From positions 256,001-320,000 of the forward strand of contig OZ244170.1 in the NCBI GenBank assembly GCA_965216565.1: a stretch of 64,000 nucleotides of DNA, written 5' to 3'. This DNA is from Bythopirellula sp. GTDB lineage: Bacteria; Planctomycetota; Planctomycetia; Pirellulales; Lacipirellulaceae. Shown piece after piece: positions 54,220 to 63,085 of this stretch (within the stretch, counting starts at the first letter, position 1; each line of letters begins with the position of its first letter). The position numbers and the translations under genes were made by a program. The notes under the pieces are model-generated. The model ran no database searches. It was not told the DNA's origin and saw nothing but the letters and a program-made list of their open reading frames with translations.

Positions 54220-55089
54220 GTGAGCAATACAGAAACCAAATTGCTGATCCGCGTAGGACATAGCCCCGACCCGGACGATGCATTCATGTTTCATGCCTTG
54301 GCAAACGATCATCTCGATACCGGCAACTATCAATTCACTCATGAGTTGGTCGATATCGAGACCCTCAATCAGCGCGCCTTCAATGCCGAGCTAGAATTAA
54401 CGGCGGTTAGCATCCACGCTTATGCTTTCCTGCGCGATAACTACATGCTATGCACATGTGGAGCAAGTATGGGCGAGGGCTATGGTCCCATGGTTGTGGC
54501 TCGCGAGAAGATCGAGCAAAGCGAGCTCTCTAGCAAAACGATCGCTGTCCCTGGAAAGTTGACTAGCGCATTCCTGGGATTGCGGATGTGTCTCGGGGAG
54601 GAGTTCAACCATGTATTGGTGCCATTCGACGAGATCATTCCTGCTGTAGTTGCCGGCGAATACCAAGGTCAGCAAATCGACGCGGGGCTGATTATCCACG
54701 AAGGTCAGCTCACTTATTCTGACAACGACCTGCAGTTGATTGTCGATCTGGGCGTCTGGTGGCAGGAACTCACAGGACTGCCTTTGCCATTAGGCGCTAA
54801 CGCAATCCGTAAGAATCTTGGCGCCGAGACCATCAATGAAGTGCAGCGGCTACTGCGTGCCAGCATTAAGTACGGGCTCGATCATCGCCAAGAAGCCCTC
54901 GAATATGCTTTGCAATACGGCCGCGATCTTGACCAAGGCAAGGCGGATAAATTCGTAGGCATGTACGTCAACGACTGGACACTCGACTTTGGCCCCAAGG
55001 GAAGAGAAGCCGTCAAACTTTTCTTGGCGATGGGCCACGAACAGGGTATCCTACCGGAGTTGGTTGTCCCTGAGTTCGTGGGCGACTGA
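54220..55089 (+). CDS. mqnD: 1,4-dihydroxy-6-naphthoate synthase (futalosine menaquinone pathway)
   Basis: GHSPDPDDAFMF.AL, DIETLN..A, S.G.GYGP, IAVPG.LT.A, GLIIHEGQLTY, DLG.WW...TGLPLPLG, MYVN. Start placed at GTG 54220. Confidence 0.9.
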   Translation: MSNTETKLLIRVGHSPDPDDAFMFHALANDHLDTGNYQFTHELVDIETLNQRAFNAELELTAVSIHAYAFLRDNYMLCTCGASMGEGYGPMVVAREKIEQSELSSKTIAVPGKLTSAFLGLRMCLGEEFNHVLVPFDEIIPAVVAGEYQGQQIDAGLIIHEGQLTYSDNDLQLIVDLGVWWQELTGLPLPLGANAIRKNLGAETINEVQRLLRASIKYGLDHRQEALEYALQYGRDLDQGKADKFVGMYVNDWTLDFGPKGREAVKLFLAMGHEQGILPELVVPEFVGD

Positions 55090-55094
55090 AGGAG

Positions 55095-55207
55095 AGGTGA
55101 GTAGGTGAGTAAGTGAGTAGGTTTTGAAGCTGTGACTTACTCACCTACTCACACACATACCCGCATCCCTGCTCACCTCCGGCCTACCCCCCTCCAGCCT
55201 CCAGCCT
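55095..55207. repeat. 8-nt-period short tandem inverted repeat plus CCTCCAG heptamers
   Basis: AGGTGAGT AGGTGAGT AAGTGAGT ... ACTCACCT ACTCACAC ACATACCC GCATCCCT GCTCACCT, then CCTCCAG x2. Confidence 0.7.
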
Positions 55208-55211
55208 GATA

Positions 55212-56429
55212 ATGCCCGCTGATTGGAAAGCCAAGCTAGATCGCATTGTTTCCCAGCAGGCAAACGAGGTTGCCCAGCTGCGGCGGCATCTTCATGCCCA
55301 TCCCGAGCCAAGTGGCGAAGAGCTGCAAACCAGCCTGCATTTGTACCAACTCTTGGGAAAGCTAGGCCTAGAGGTCTTAATGGGTCCCGAGGGTTGTGGA
55401 GTTGTAGTCGACAGTGGCACGCCTGCGTCTGACCAAGACCAACCCGCACCCCCGCGGGTTGCCCTCCGCGGCGATATCGATGCCCTCAGGATCCAAGATG
55501 AAAAGCAGGTTGGCTATTCCAGTAAAAACGAAGGCGTGATGCACGCCTGCGGCCACGATGCCCACACGGCCATTGTCTATGGTGTGATTCTCGCTTTATT
55601 GCAAATGGACGAATTGGGAGCACTCCCCTGGCCTGTTGCTTGGCGAGCCATTTTCCAGCCCGCTGAGGAAACAGCGACCGGCGCTGCGCAAATGATGAAG
55701 GCCGGGGTGATGGAAGGTGTATCGCAGATTCTGGCGCTTCACGTTGATCCAACTCGGCGTACAGGTGAAATCGGTATGCGTTCTGGTGCACTGACAGCGC
55801 ATTGCGATTCGATTCAGTTCTCTGTGCGAGGGCAGGGGGGCCACGCCGCTCGTCCGCACGAATCACACGATCCGATAGCCGCTGCCGCACAGCTAATCAA
55901 TGCACTCTACCAGTATGTCCCACGGACGACCGACTCGCACGATGCCGTGGTGCTAACCATCGGACATCTGCGTGGCGGCGAGAACCCTAACGTCATCCCC
56001 AGCATTGTCGAAATGTGGGGAACATTGCGAACGCTCGATTCGGTCGTCCGGTCGCGCATCATCGAAAAGATTCGTCAAGTTGCCACGGGAGTTGGAAACA
56101 TCACGGGCACCGAGATCTCCATTAACTTAGATGTCAGTATTCCTTCGGTGAACAACGATCCCGAGCTAACTCGGCTCGTTTGGCACGAAGCGGAGTCGGT
56201 TGTTGGCAAGGAGCACGTGCAGTTGATCTCCCGTCCGAGTATGGGCAGCGAAGACTTTGCGTGTTTCCTGGAACAGGTTCCGGGAGTGATGTTCCGTTTG
56301 GGCTCCACCAGCGATCTGGCGGCCATCACCCCACTGCACACGCCATTGTTTGATATCGATGAGAAATCTCTCGAAATCGGGGTCCGCATTTTGGCCCGCT
56401 CGGCCATAATGATGCAGAGTCCCAACTAG
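55212..56429 (+). CDS. M20D family amidohydrolase
   Basis: RRHLHAHPE.S.EE..T, ALRGDIDAL, MHACGHDAH, IFQPAEE, G.GGHAARPH, MGSEDF, LH.P.F.IDE. Confidence 0.93.
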   Translation: MPADWKAKLDRIVSQQANEVAQLRRHLHAHPEPSGEELQTSLHLYQLLGKLGLEVLMGPEGCGVVVDSGTPASDQDQPAPPRVALRGDIDALRIQDEKQVGYSSKNEGVMHACGHDAHTAIVYGVILALLQMDELGALPWPVAWRAIFQPAEETATGAAQMMKAGVMEGVSQILALHVDPTRRTGEIGMRSGALTAHCDSIQFSVRGQGGHAARPHESHDPIAAAAQLINALYQYVPRTTDSHDAVVLTIGHLRGGENPNVIPSIVEMWGTLRTLDSVVRSRIIEKIRQVATGVGNITGTEISINLDVSIPSVNNDPELTRLVWHEAESVVGKEHVQLISRPSMGSEDFACFLEQVPGVMFRLGSTSDLAAITPLHTPLFDIDEKSLEIGVRILARSAIMMQSPN

Positions 56430-56460
56430 GGACCTTTCGTAGGCAAGGAGTGCACGTCTT

Positions 56461-57588
56461 ATGGCGACTATCGATTTCACCTCCAACCAGTCGCCCACGC
56501 TCGGCGTGGAAATTGAACTCGGGCTGGTCGACGAACACACGATGGCCCTGGCAAGTTCTTTTGCGGAGCTCAAAGACAGGCTTCCCGAGGATGGAAGCGA
56601 TACCCTCAAGCCAGAGCTCATGCAGTGCGTGTTGGAAATCAACACGGATGTATGCAACACGGTGGTCGAAGCGGAAGAGGACCTGCGGAAAAAACTCCTG
56701 CAAGTGGAAGCGATCACCGACGAGCTCGATTTGCGACTGTGGTGGGGGGCCACGCATCCCTTTTCTAAATGGCAAGAACAACAAGTCACTCCCAACGATC
56801 GGTACCAGAAACTGGTTGATTTGCTGCAGGAGTTTGCCCGCCGATTGATTACCTTCGGCTTACATGTGCATGTCGGCGTCGACTCGGGCGATAAGGCAGT
56901 GATGATCTGCGATCGTATCCTACGCCATCTACCGACATTCTTGGCGATGTCGGTCAGTAGTCCATTTTGGGAGACGCGTAAAACGGGTCTACAGTCACAC
57001 CGCTCAAAAGTGATGGAAGGCCTGCCGACGGCTGGCTTGCCGACTCTCATGCGAAACTGGAGCGAGTACGTATGGCTGGTGAATCACATGGTCGACACGG
57101 GATTCATCAATACGATTCGCGAAATCTGGTGGGATGTGCGTCCGCATCACAAATTCGGAACCGTGGAAGTACGCATCTGCGACATGCCCGGCAATTTGGA
57201 AGATACCATCGCCATTGCGGCGCTCATTCAATGTGTGGTCAAGGCGCTTTCCGATGAGATTGACCATGGCACGTATCAGCACGATTGCCATCCGATGATG
57301 GTCCAACAAAACAAATGGCGGGCAGCCCGGTTTGGTACGGCTGCCCAGTTGGTCGACTCGTACACCCACGAGGCGATGCCCGTCTCGCAGGCGGTGGAAA
57401 AGCTGACGAAACATCTCCTCCCCGTCGCCAAGCAGCTCGACTGCGAAAAACAGCTAGAGCATTGCCGCCACATCGCCTCGTCGCCGAGTTGGGCCGACCG
57501 TCAACTCTCCATCCTCGCCGAGACGGACAGCCCCGAAGAAATTGTGCGACGCCTCACAGCGGAGTCTCGCGTCAGCCCTGAGAGTTGA
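56461..57588 (+). CDS. ybdK: YbdK-family carboxylate-amine ligase (glutamate--cysteine ligase GCS2)
   Basis: TLGVEIE..LVD, PEL....LEI.T..C, ATHPF..W, FGLHVHVG, LA.S.SSPFW, WWDVRP...FGTVEVRICD, NKWRAARFG. Confidence 0.92.
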   Translation: MATIDFTSNQSPTLGVEIELGLVDEHTMALASSFAELKDRLPEDGSDTLKPELMQCVLEINTDVCNTVVEAEEDLRKKLLQVEAITDELDLRLWWGATHPFSKWQEQQVTPNDRYQKLVDLLQEFARRLITFGLHVHVGVDSGDKAVMICDRILRHLPTFLAMSVSSPFWETRKTGLQSHRSKVMEGLPTAGLPTLMRNWSEYVWLVNHMVDTGFINTIREIWWDVRPHHKFGTVEVRICDMPGNLEDTIAIAALIQCVVKALSDEIDHGTYQHDCHPMMVQQNKWRAARFGTAAQLVDSYTHEAMPVSQAVEKLTKHLLPVAKQLDCEKQLEHCRHIASSPSWADRQLSILAETDSPEEIVRRLTAESRVSPES

Positions 57589-57820
57589 GAGCGTGGAGCA
57601 GAGAGCTTAGAGCATGGAGCATGGAGCATGGAGCATGGAGCATGGAGCATGGAGCATGGAGCATGGAGCATGGAGCATGGAGCATGGAGCATGGAGCATG
57701 GAGCATGGAGCCCGGAGCCCGGAGCCCGGAGCTAAGGGCATAGAGCTGGGAGTAGTTAGACCTCCACGCGCTGAACTCCTGGCTCTTAGCTCCATGCTCC
57801 CTGCTCCAAGCTCCCCGCTC
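57582..57820. repeat. Heptamer tandem array with inverted heptamer arm between convergent genes
   Basis: About 24 in-phase GAGCNNN-type units (57582-57749), including 14 perfect GAGCATG (57610-57707) and 3 GAGCCCG. Inverted arm CTCCTGG CTCTTAG CTCCATG CTCCCTG CTCCAAG CTCCCCG CTC (57776-57820). Confidence 0.92.
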
Positions 57821-58862
57821 ACACTTCAATTACTGCTTTCTGGCAGCCGTCTCGACGCTCCGAGAATACGTCGTAAGCCTCTGCTCCCTGATCGATCTGA
57901 AAGCGATGGGTGATGAGTCTGGCGAGCCGCTCTTCTTCGCCGACGGCGAGTGACATGGCTTCGTCGATCATGCTCCGGACGGGGCAGCGTCCTGTGCGAT
58001 AGGTGAGGTTTTTGTCGTAGGCGTCTGTTGGACTAAAGGCAAAGTGCGGTGCGCAGTGACAACCAATGGACGAGAGAATTCCGCCGGAACGCACCAACTC
58101 GTAGGCGAGCAATTGGGCCTCGGGAAGCCCTACCAGTTCCATCACGGCGTCGGCCCCTCGGCCGTCGGTTACCGAGAGAACTGCCTCGCGAAGGTTATCC
58201 GAATCGCTAAAGGCTTGCGTTCCCAGCGATTCGGCCAGCGTCGCCCGTTGAGGATTTAAGTCGAAGGCGAAGATTCGACTGGCCCCCAATTTCAAGGCAG
58301 CCACGATCGACAGCAGCCCAACCGTTCCACAACCTACCACCACGTAGCAGCCCTGAGGATTAATCTCCGCCATCTTGGCACAGTAGAGTCCCGTGGTGAA
58401 ATTGTCGCCCAGCAGCAGGGCAATTTCGGGCGACACGTTATCGGGAAGCGGAATCAATGTGCCATCAGCAAGTGGCACTCTTACCGACTCCGCCTGGCAA
58501 CCGTGGAGGCCGTCTCCGCCCGACCTCCAACCAAAAAGTTGCCCATGCCCGCAGCGGGAGGACAAACCTCGCTGACAATAGAAGCAACTACCGCAGCTTG
58601 TAGAGAACGGGGCGAATACTTCCTGACCGACAGAAAACGCGCGGACATCGTTCCCCGTTTCAACCACCCGCCCCACAAACTCGTGGCCCATGATGGTTCC
58701 AAGATCGAGGCCCACTTCGCGACCGTGAAACGGATGCAGATCGCTACCGCACAGCCCGGCAAGCCGTACCTCGACCAGGACGTCGGTGGATTGCTCGATC
58801 ACAGGCTCTGCCACTTCGCGTGTTGCGACCTGTTCGACACCCTGAAAACAAACGGCTTGCAT
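57819..58862 (-). CDS. Zinc-dependent alcohol/formaldehyde dehydrogenase-like (MDR family)
   Basis: GLCGSDLH, MGHEFVG, structural Zn site CGSCFYC..G.SS.C, LLGDNFTTG, GCGTVG. Confidence 0.93.
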   Translation of the reverse strand: MQAVCFQGVEQVATREVAEPVIEQSTDVLVEVRLAGLCGSDLHPFHGREVGLDLGTIMGHEFVGRVVETGNDVRAFSVGQEVFAPFSTSCGSCFYCQRGLSSRCGHGQLFGWRSGGDGLHGCQAESVRVPLADGTLIPLPDNVSPEIALLLGDNFTTGLYCAKMAEINPQGCYVVVGCGTVGLLSIVAALKLGASRIFAFDLNPQRATLAESLGTQAFSDSDNLREAVLSVTDGRGADAVMELVGLPEAQLLAYELVRSGGILSSIGCHCAPHFAFSPTDAYDKNLTYRTGRCPVRSMIDEAMSLAVGEEERLARLITHRFQIDQGAEAYDVFSERRDGCQKAVIEV

Positions 58863-58917
58863 GGAGATCTTTATTGGTTTGACGATCTACGATGACGCTA
58901 ACAGCACAAAGCATACT

Positions 58918-58948
58918 GTAGGGTGCGTGAAGCGCAGCGGAACGCACC
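58918..58948 (+). repeat. GTAG-type REP (left member of an inverted pair)
   Basis: GTAG-GGTGCGT-GAAGCGCAGCGGA-ACGCACC palindrome. Confidence 0.8.
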
Positions 58949-58993
58949 GGAGCGAAATTCATCCGTAGTTCGGTGAGTTGTCACTTAAGCAGT

Positions 58994-59548
58994 TTACTCG
59001 CGAACGTTATCGATAATTTCAAATTTGCACCCTTTTGCCTTTAGATGATTCTTGATGATTTCGAATATTTCACGTTTTAGAACGTTGCTAATCCAGTAGC
59101 CGATAATGTCGCGTCGCCATCCGTTGAAGACAGACAGCGTCACGATTGACTCACGCTTACGACGACCGACAAGATGTCCAATTCCAACTGCCGTGATATC
59201 AGCTAAACGCCATTTCTTGCAGTATAATCTTGGATACCTCACATAAATATGTTGATACTCAGTGTCGGATATCACTACTCGCTCAATGCTTCTCCGACCC
59301 AACCAAGTGACGATCGACCCATAGGTGGCTACACCCAACACTACAAAAGTAAAAAAGATTGCAATGATTGTTTGTGAGTTAGACCAATCTAAGAAATGTC
59401 TGTAAATCGCATAAGTTATCACAACCATTGAGATCCATAAGACAGGAAATAGAATGGTTAAGAATTTGTTCCTGGCTAATAGTCTATTGTCCCACTCAAG
59501 AACCAGCGTGCCCGATTCATCAATGCTCCGTTTGATGGATGGAATCAT
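58994..59548 (-). CDS. AT-rich hypothetical membrane protein (two TM helices), bracketed by REPs
   Basis: 184-aa ORF with two hydrophobic segments. Visibly more AT-rich than its neighbours. Confidence 0.7.
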   Translation of the reverse strand: MIPSIKRSIDESGTLVLEWDNRLLARNKFLTILFPVLWISMVVITYAIYRHFLDWSNSQTIIAIFFTFVVLGVATYGSIVTWLGRRSIERVVISDTEYQHIYVRYPRLYCKKWRLADITAVGIGHLVGRRKRESIVTLSVFNGWRRDIIGYWISNVLKREIFEIIKNHLKAKGCKFEIIDNVRE

Positions 59549-59595
59549 GTGGAGCTATCCAATACTTGCCTCGCATCTGGGTCAACGTTACCCAT

Positions 59596-59627
59596 GGTGC
59601 GTTCCGCAGCCATTTCACGCACCCTAC
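59596..59627 (-). repeat. GTAG-type REP (right member, inverted)
   Basis: Reverse complement GTAGGGTGCGTGAAATGGCTGCGGAACGCACC, near-identical to 58918-58948. Confidence 0.8.
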
Positions 59628-59650
59628 GGAATAGTATCTCGGAGAAACGG

Positions 59651-60229
59651 CTACCCAAAGTAGTCCGGCTCGCCGCCGGGCTTCCATTTGATATTGCAAC
59701 CGAGGCTGGGGGTTTGATCCTCGGGAGGAGCATTACCGGCGAGCACCGCGTCGAGTGCCGCACGCAAGTCTTCGCCCGTTACCGGGATGCCACTGTCGGG
59801 GCGGCTGGAATCCATTTGCCCGCGGTAGACGAGTTGTTTGTCGGCGTCGAACACGTAGAAATCGGGTGTGCAGGCGGCACGGTAGGCTTTCGCCACGTCC
59901 TGAGTTTCGTCGTAGAGATAGGGAAACGCATAGCCTCGCTGCTCGGCCTCGGCGACCATTTGTTCGGGTGAGTCTGCCGGGTAGTTGGCTACGTCGTTAG
60001 AGCTAATGCCCACGACCGCGACGCCCTTCTGCATGTACTCCTGCGTAAGCTGTGCCAACTGGTCGGCCACGTGAATAACAAACGGGCAGTGATTGCACAT
60101 GAAAATCACGAGCAGTGCCGGGGCATCATCGAAATCGCTGAGCGAGACGGTTTGGCCATCGACGTTCATCAATGAAAAATCGGGGGCAGCGGTTCCCAAC
60201 GGCAACATGGTGCTGGGGGTACGAACCAT
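59651..60229 (-). CDS. AhpC/TSA-like thioredoxin-fold protein (PRX_like1)
   Basis: APDFSL, FMCNHCPFV, ISSND...YP.DS.E.M, FPYLYDETQ.VAKAY.AACTPDFYVFD, Y.G..D.SRP, SLGCNIKWK. Start at ATG 60229 with AGGAG. Confidence 0.92.
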   Translation of the reverse strand: MVRTPSTMLPLGTAAPDFSLMNVDGQTVSLSDFDDAPALLVIFMCNHCPFVIHVADQLAQLTQEYMQKGVAVVGISSNDVANYPADSPEQMVAEAEQRGYAFPYLYDETQDVAKAYRAACTPDFYVFDADKQLVYRGQMDSSRPDSGIPVTGEDLRAALDAVLAGNAPPEDQTPSLGCNIKWKPGGEPDYFG

Positions 60230-60310
60230 TGTGGTATCTCCTGGAAATCGAGTTGGGCGCGAATTTCCTTGAGTATCCCGCATCCGGTCGCCTCGTGCAA
60301 TGGTCAGGCT

Positions 60311-60489
60311 TCTCGCAGAGCCGCAGAGGAAATGTTGTTAACCACGAAGGCACAAAGGACACGAAGAAGACTAAGAAGTGTCAGATTTCTACTCCTTTGC
60401 TTGGAGAAGTGACTTAGAGAATCTTCGTCCTTTTTCTTGTTTTTGTGACTTAAGAAGAGACCTCTCTGCGGCTCTGCGATTCTGCGAGA
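60311..60489. repeat. Nested 8/9-nt-period inverted repeat element
   Basis: Outer TCTCGCAGAGCCGCAGAG ... CTCTGCGGCTCTGCGATTCTGCGAGA. Inner CACGAAGGCACAAAGGACACGAAG ... CTTCGTCCTTT (degenerate). Confidence 0.7.
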
Positions 60490-60492
60490 GAA

Positions 60493-62838
60493 TTATTCAC
60501 CGAGCGTTTCGAGCACTTCCGGCGGGATGGTAATTCCGAGCGATTGAGCTCTACGAATACGCTCGCCTGCGTCTTCTAACTCGCCGAGTTGAAAGTGCAA
60601 GAGTCCCAGATTGTAGTTGAGAGTTGGCGAGTCCGGGTGCGCGTCCAGGCCACGCAGATAGACCTCCCTGGCTTGGTCGAGTTTGCCCATTTGTGCAAGC
60701 ACGCCGCCGAGGTTGCCGCAGAGTTCCGGATGGTTGGGCTCAAGCTCAGCTGCTTTTCTGAAAGCTTCGACAGCCTTGGCAGATTGATTCGAGAGATAGT
60801 AAGCATTGGCCAATTGGAGTTTTGCGCGGAAGCTCAAGGGATCGAGACGCGTTGCCTTGCCAAGAAAAACGAGCGCACTGCTGTAGTCACCACTCTGGGC
60901 CGAGGCGAGCCCCAATTGGTAGTAGATCTCTGGGGAGGTGCGGTTGGCCTTCAGCGCTCTCAAAAGTGGTCGCATCGCCTCTCGGTAGTCGCCAGCACTA
61001 TTCAGGGCTGAGCCTAACGCCAGGTTGATCCGCCAATCGTCGCGACTGCCTGCCTGCAGCAAAGTCGCCAACTTGGTGGCCTCGGCATGCTTGCCCTCTT
61101 GAGAGAGCAGGAGGACCTGATTGATCTCGGCGAGTTGCGACAGAGGGAATCTGTCTGCAATGGCATCAAGCGCCTGCTGCGCTTCTTCCGTTCGACCTAA
61201 GCTCAGGTAAAATTCCACGAGGTGTTGTCTTGGAGTTTCGAGATGGGGTTGCACCTCCACGGCCTGCAGGTAACGTTGCTCTGCCGCCTGCGTCTCGCCC
61301 AGCTTGACGAGCACCTTCCCCAGGTCGGTGTGGTAGCTCCAGTTCCGCGGGGCAATCTTAATAGCTTGCTCGAATTCTTGTTGCGCCTCTTCCAGTCGGC
61401 CCGCCTTTAGCAAGGCAGCGCCCAACAGTCCGCGAATTGCATGGGAACGAGGTCGCAGTTGCAGCGCCTTTTGTGCGTGCTCGATCGCGGTTTGAGGATC
61501 TTCACCGACCAGCGCTTCTTGGGCGAGCAGACTTTGAGTTTCGGGTAGCGAAGGCGTCAACTCCGCCAACGCATGCACACGGCTTGCCTTCAGCGTTTGC
61601 CATTGGTCGCGACGTTGCCACTCGCTGTAGAACAGCCCGCCGACAACTGCCAGCAGAATAGCCCACTTGCCAAGATGGGATAGACCGGACACGTAGTGCA
61701 TTAACGGCGTCCCCTCGGTGACGCTGTCGACCAAGTTCTCTTGCGTCTTGCGCTCGCTGACCTTCCAGATGAAGCCATCGAAATAAAAATGCAGGAACGA
61801 AGAAGTGACAAACAAAGCCATCAGCCATTGATGGGCATCTTCGCTCCCCGGCTGATAAACGTATTCGTTCGCGTCTGATGCCAGGAGCCGAATGGAGCTA
61901 TACGCGGCGATGGCCGCCAGATACACGCACAGCATGGTTCTACTATTACGAAATAGGAAACCTAGCGGCCCGAAGCGATTGCCGGCACGCTCCATCAATC
62001 GGCGATTGTAGATCCACACAATGGCGTAGTACTGCACCGCGTGGTAGATCTCGAACATTGCCAGCCCGATCAGCAAATTGGTCGAAAGCCGACCTGTGTA
62101 CCAGTAGAACCAACCAGTGATGCCCACCAACCACAGTTTGATCCAGCTGACGGGGTGCCCTGCCTTTTTGCGATTCAGCAGATTGATGGCATAGAGAATC
62201 ACTGTACCGATACCTGCCGCGGCAACCAGCGACCGCACGACATACAGCACGTTCGGTCCAAACAAAGGCAACCCCGATTGCCACATGGCATTGGCAACGC
62301 CATAGACTCGTGCATCGCTGAAAACGACACCGGCAACAAATACTACCACACACAGCCAATGATCGAGCCGTGCGGACCAGGCGTCGTTCACGCCCAGTCG
62401 AACATCGTAGATGCGCATAAAGCCATAGGTTTGCATCAGCCCATGCCAGGTCCCCCAAATGAGCAAGATCAAGTCGAGCCCGTGCAAATGTTGCCAGGGA
62501 AGATGCAACGCGCCAGCCAACTGACTGGGAGGTGTAAATAGCAGTGCTAGTCCAAGAACTAATGGAGGAACCAGAAGGAATCGCCAACGGAATCTTAGAA
62601 AGAGTTCTCGATCGCCGTAAGCGCGCATAAAGCCGGGCAAGTGGTGCCCCAGCGACGCAAAGGCAATCACGCCCAGTGAGACTTCCTCTGGTGTAAGCCA
62701 GTGCCGTGCTAGAAGCAGCACAATCGGCACAATCGCTATCGGAGTCAGCACCACATACGCCATGTCCCACCAGGCAGAGACGATCCAGGGCCGCCGGGGG
62801 GCAGTTTCAGCGGCAGATGTGGCTATAGGCGAGGACAC
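60493..62838 (-). CDS. Multi-TM membrane protein with conserved-looking His motifs fused to a long TPR array
   Basis: N-terminal region of about 400 aa, mostly hydrophobic, with GHH, WHG, YHAVQY and HFYFDGFIW. C-terminal TPR repeats (LG.......G...EA...F.QA....P). Confidence 0.8.
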   Translation of the reverse strand: MSSPIATSAAETAPRRPWIVSAWWDMAYVVLTPIAIVPIVLLLARHWLTPEEVSLGVIAFASLGHHLPGFMRAYGDRELFLRFRWRFLLVPPLVLGLALLFTPPSQLAGALHLPWQHLHGLDLILLIWGTWHGLMQTYGFMRIYDVRLGVNDAWSARLDHWLCVVVFVAGVVFSDARVYGVANAMWQSGLPLFGPNVLYVVRSLVAAAGIGTVILYAINLLNRKKAGHPVSWIKLWLVGITGWFYWYTGRLSTNLLIGLAMFEIYHAVQYYAIVWIYNRRLMERAGNRFGPLGFLFRNSRTMLCVYLAAIAAYSSIRLLASDANEYVYQPGSEDAHQWLMALFVTSSFLHFYFDGFIWKVSERKTQENLVDSVTEGTPLMHYVSGLSHLGKWAILLAVVGGLFYSEWQRRDQWQTLKASRVHALAELTPSLPETQSLLAQEALVGEDPQTAIEHAQKALQLRPRSHAIRGLLGAALLKAGRLEEAQQEFEQAIKIAPRNWSYHTDLGKVLVKLGETQAAEQRYLQAVEVQPHLETPRQHLVEFYLSLGRTEEAQQALDAIADRFPLSQLAEINQVLLLSQEGKHAEATKLATLLQAGSRDDWRINLALGSALNSAGDYREAMRPLLRALKANRTSPEIYYQLGLASAQSGDYSSALVFLGKATRLDPLSFRAKLQLANAYYLSNQSAKAVEAFRKAAELEPNHPELCGNLGGVLAQMGKLDQAREVYLRGLDAHPDSPTLNYNLGLLHFQLGELEDAGERIRRAQSLGITIPPEVLETLGE

Positions 62839-63085
62839 GGCAGACCATGAGTTATACTTGAGGGCACACTTCTAGCCCTTAATTATTGCACTTCAATTAT
62901 TACACCCTGGTGCGGTTCGGGCAGAGGGCAATTGGATCCTTGGAAAATAACGCCTAGAGCCTGTTTTTCTTGGAATTCGATGCCGTACGGTTTATGCTGA
63001 ATAGATAGGCGAACCCGACCCACTGGCGGCGAAGCCCCACTTTCAAGGTACCCTCGCATCCTTCCTGGCAAGGTAAACGAACAAG

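Noticed and set aside
57610..57707. Possible CRISPR array
   Set aside because: It is a 7-bp tandem repeat with no unique spacers, and there are no cas genes.
57501..57913. ORFs with MLHAPCS / MEHGAWS repeats
   Set aside because: These are translations of the GAGCATG heptamer array in several frames, not proteins.
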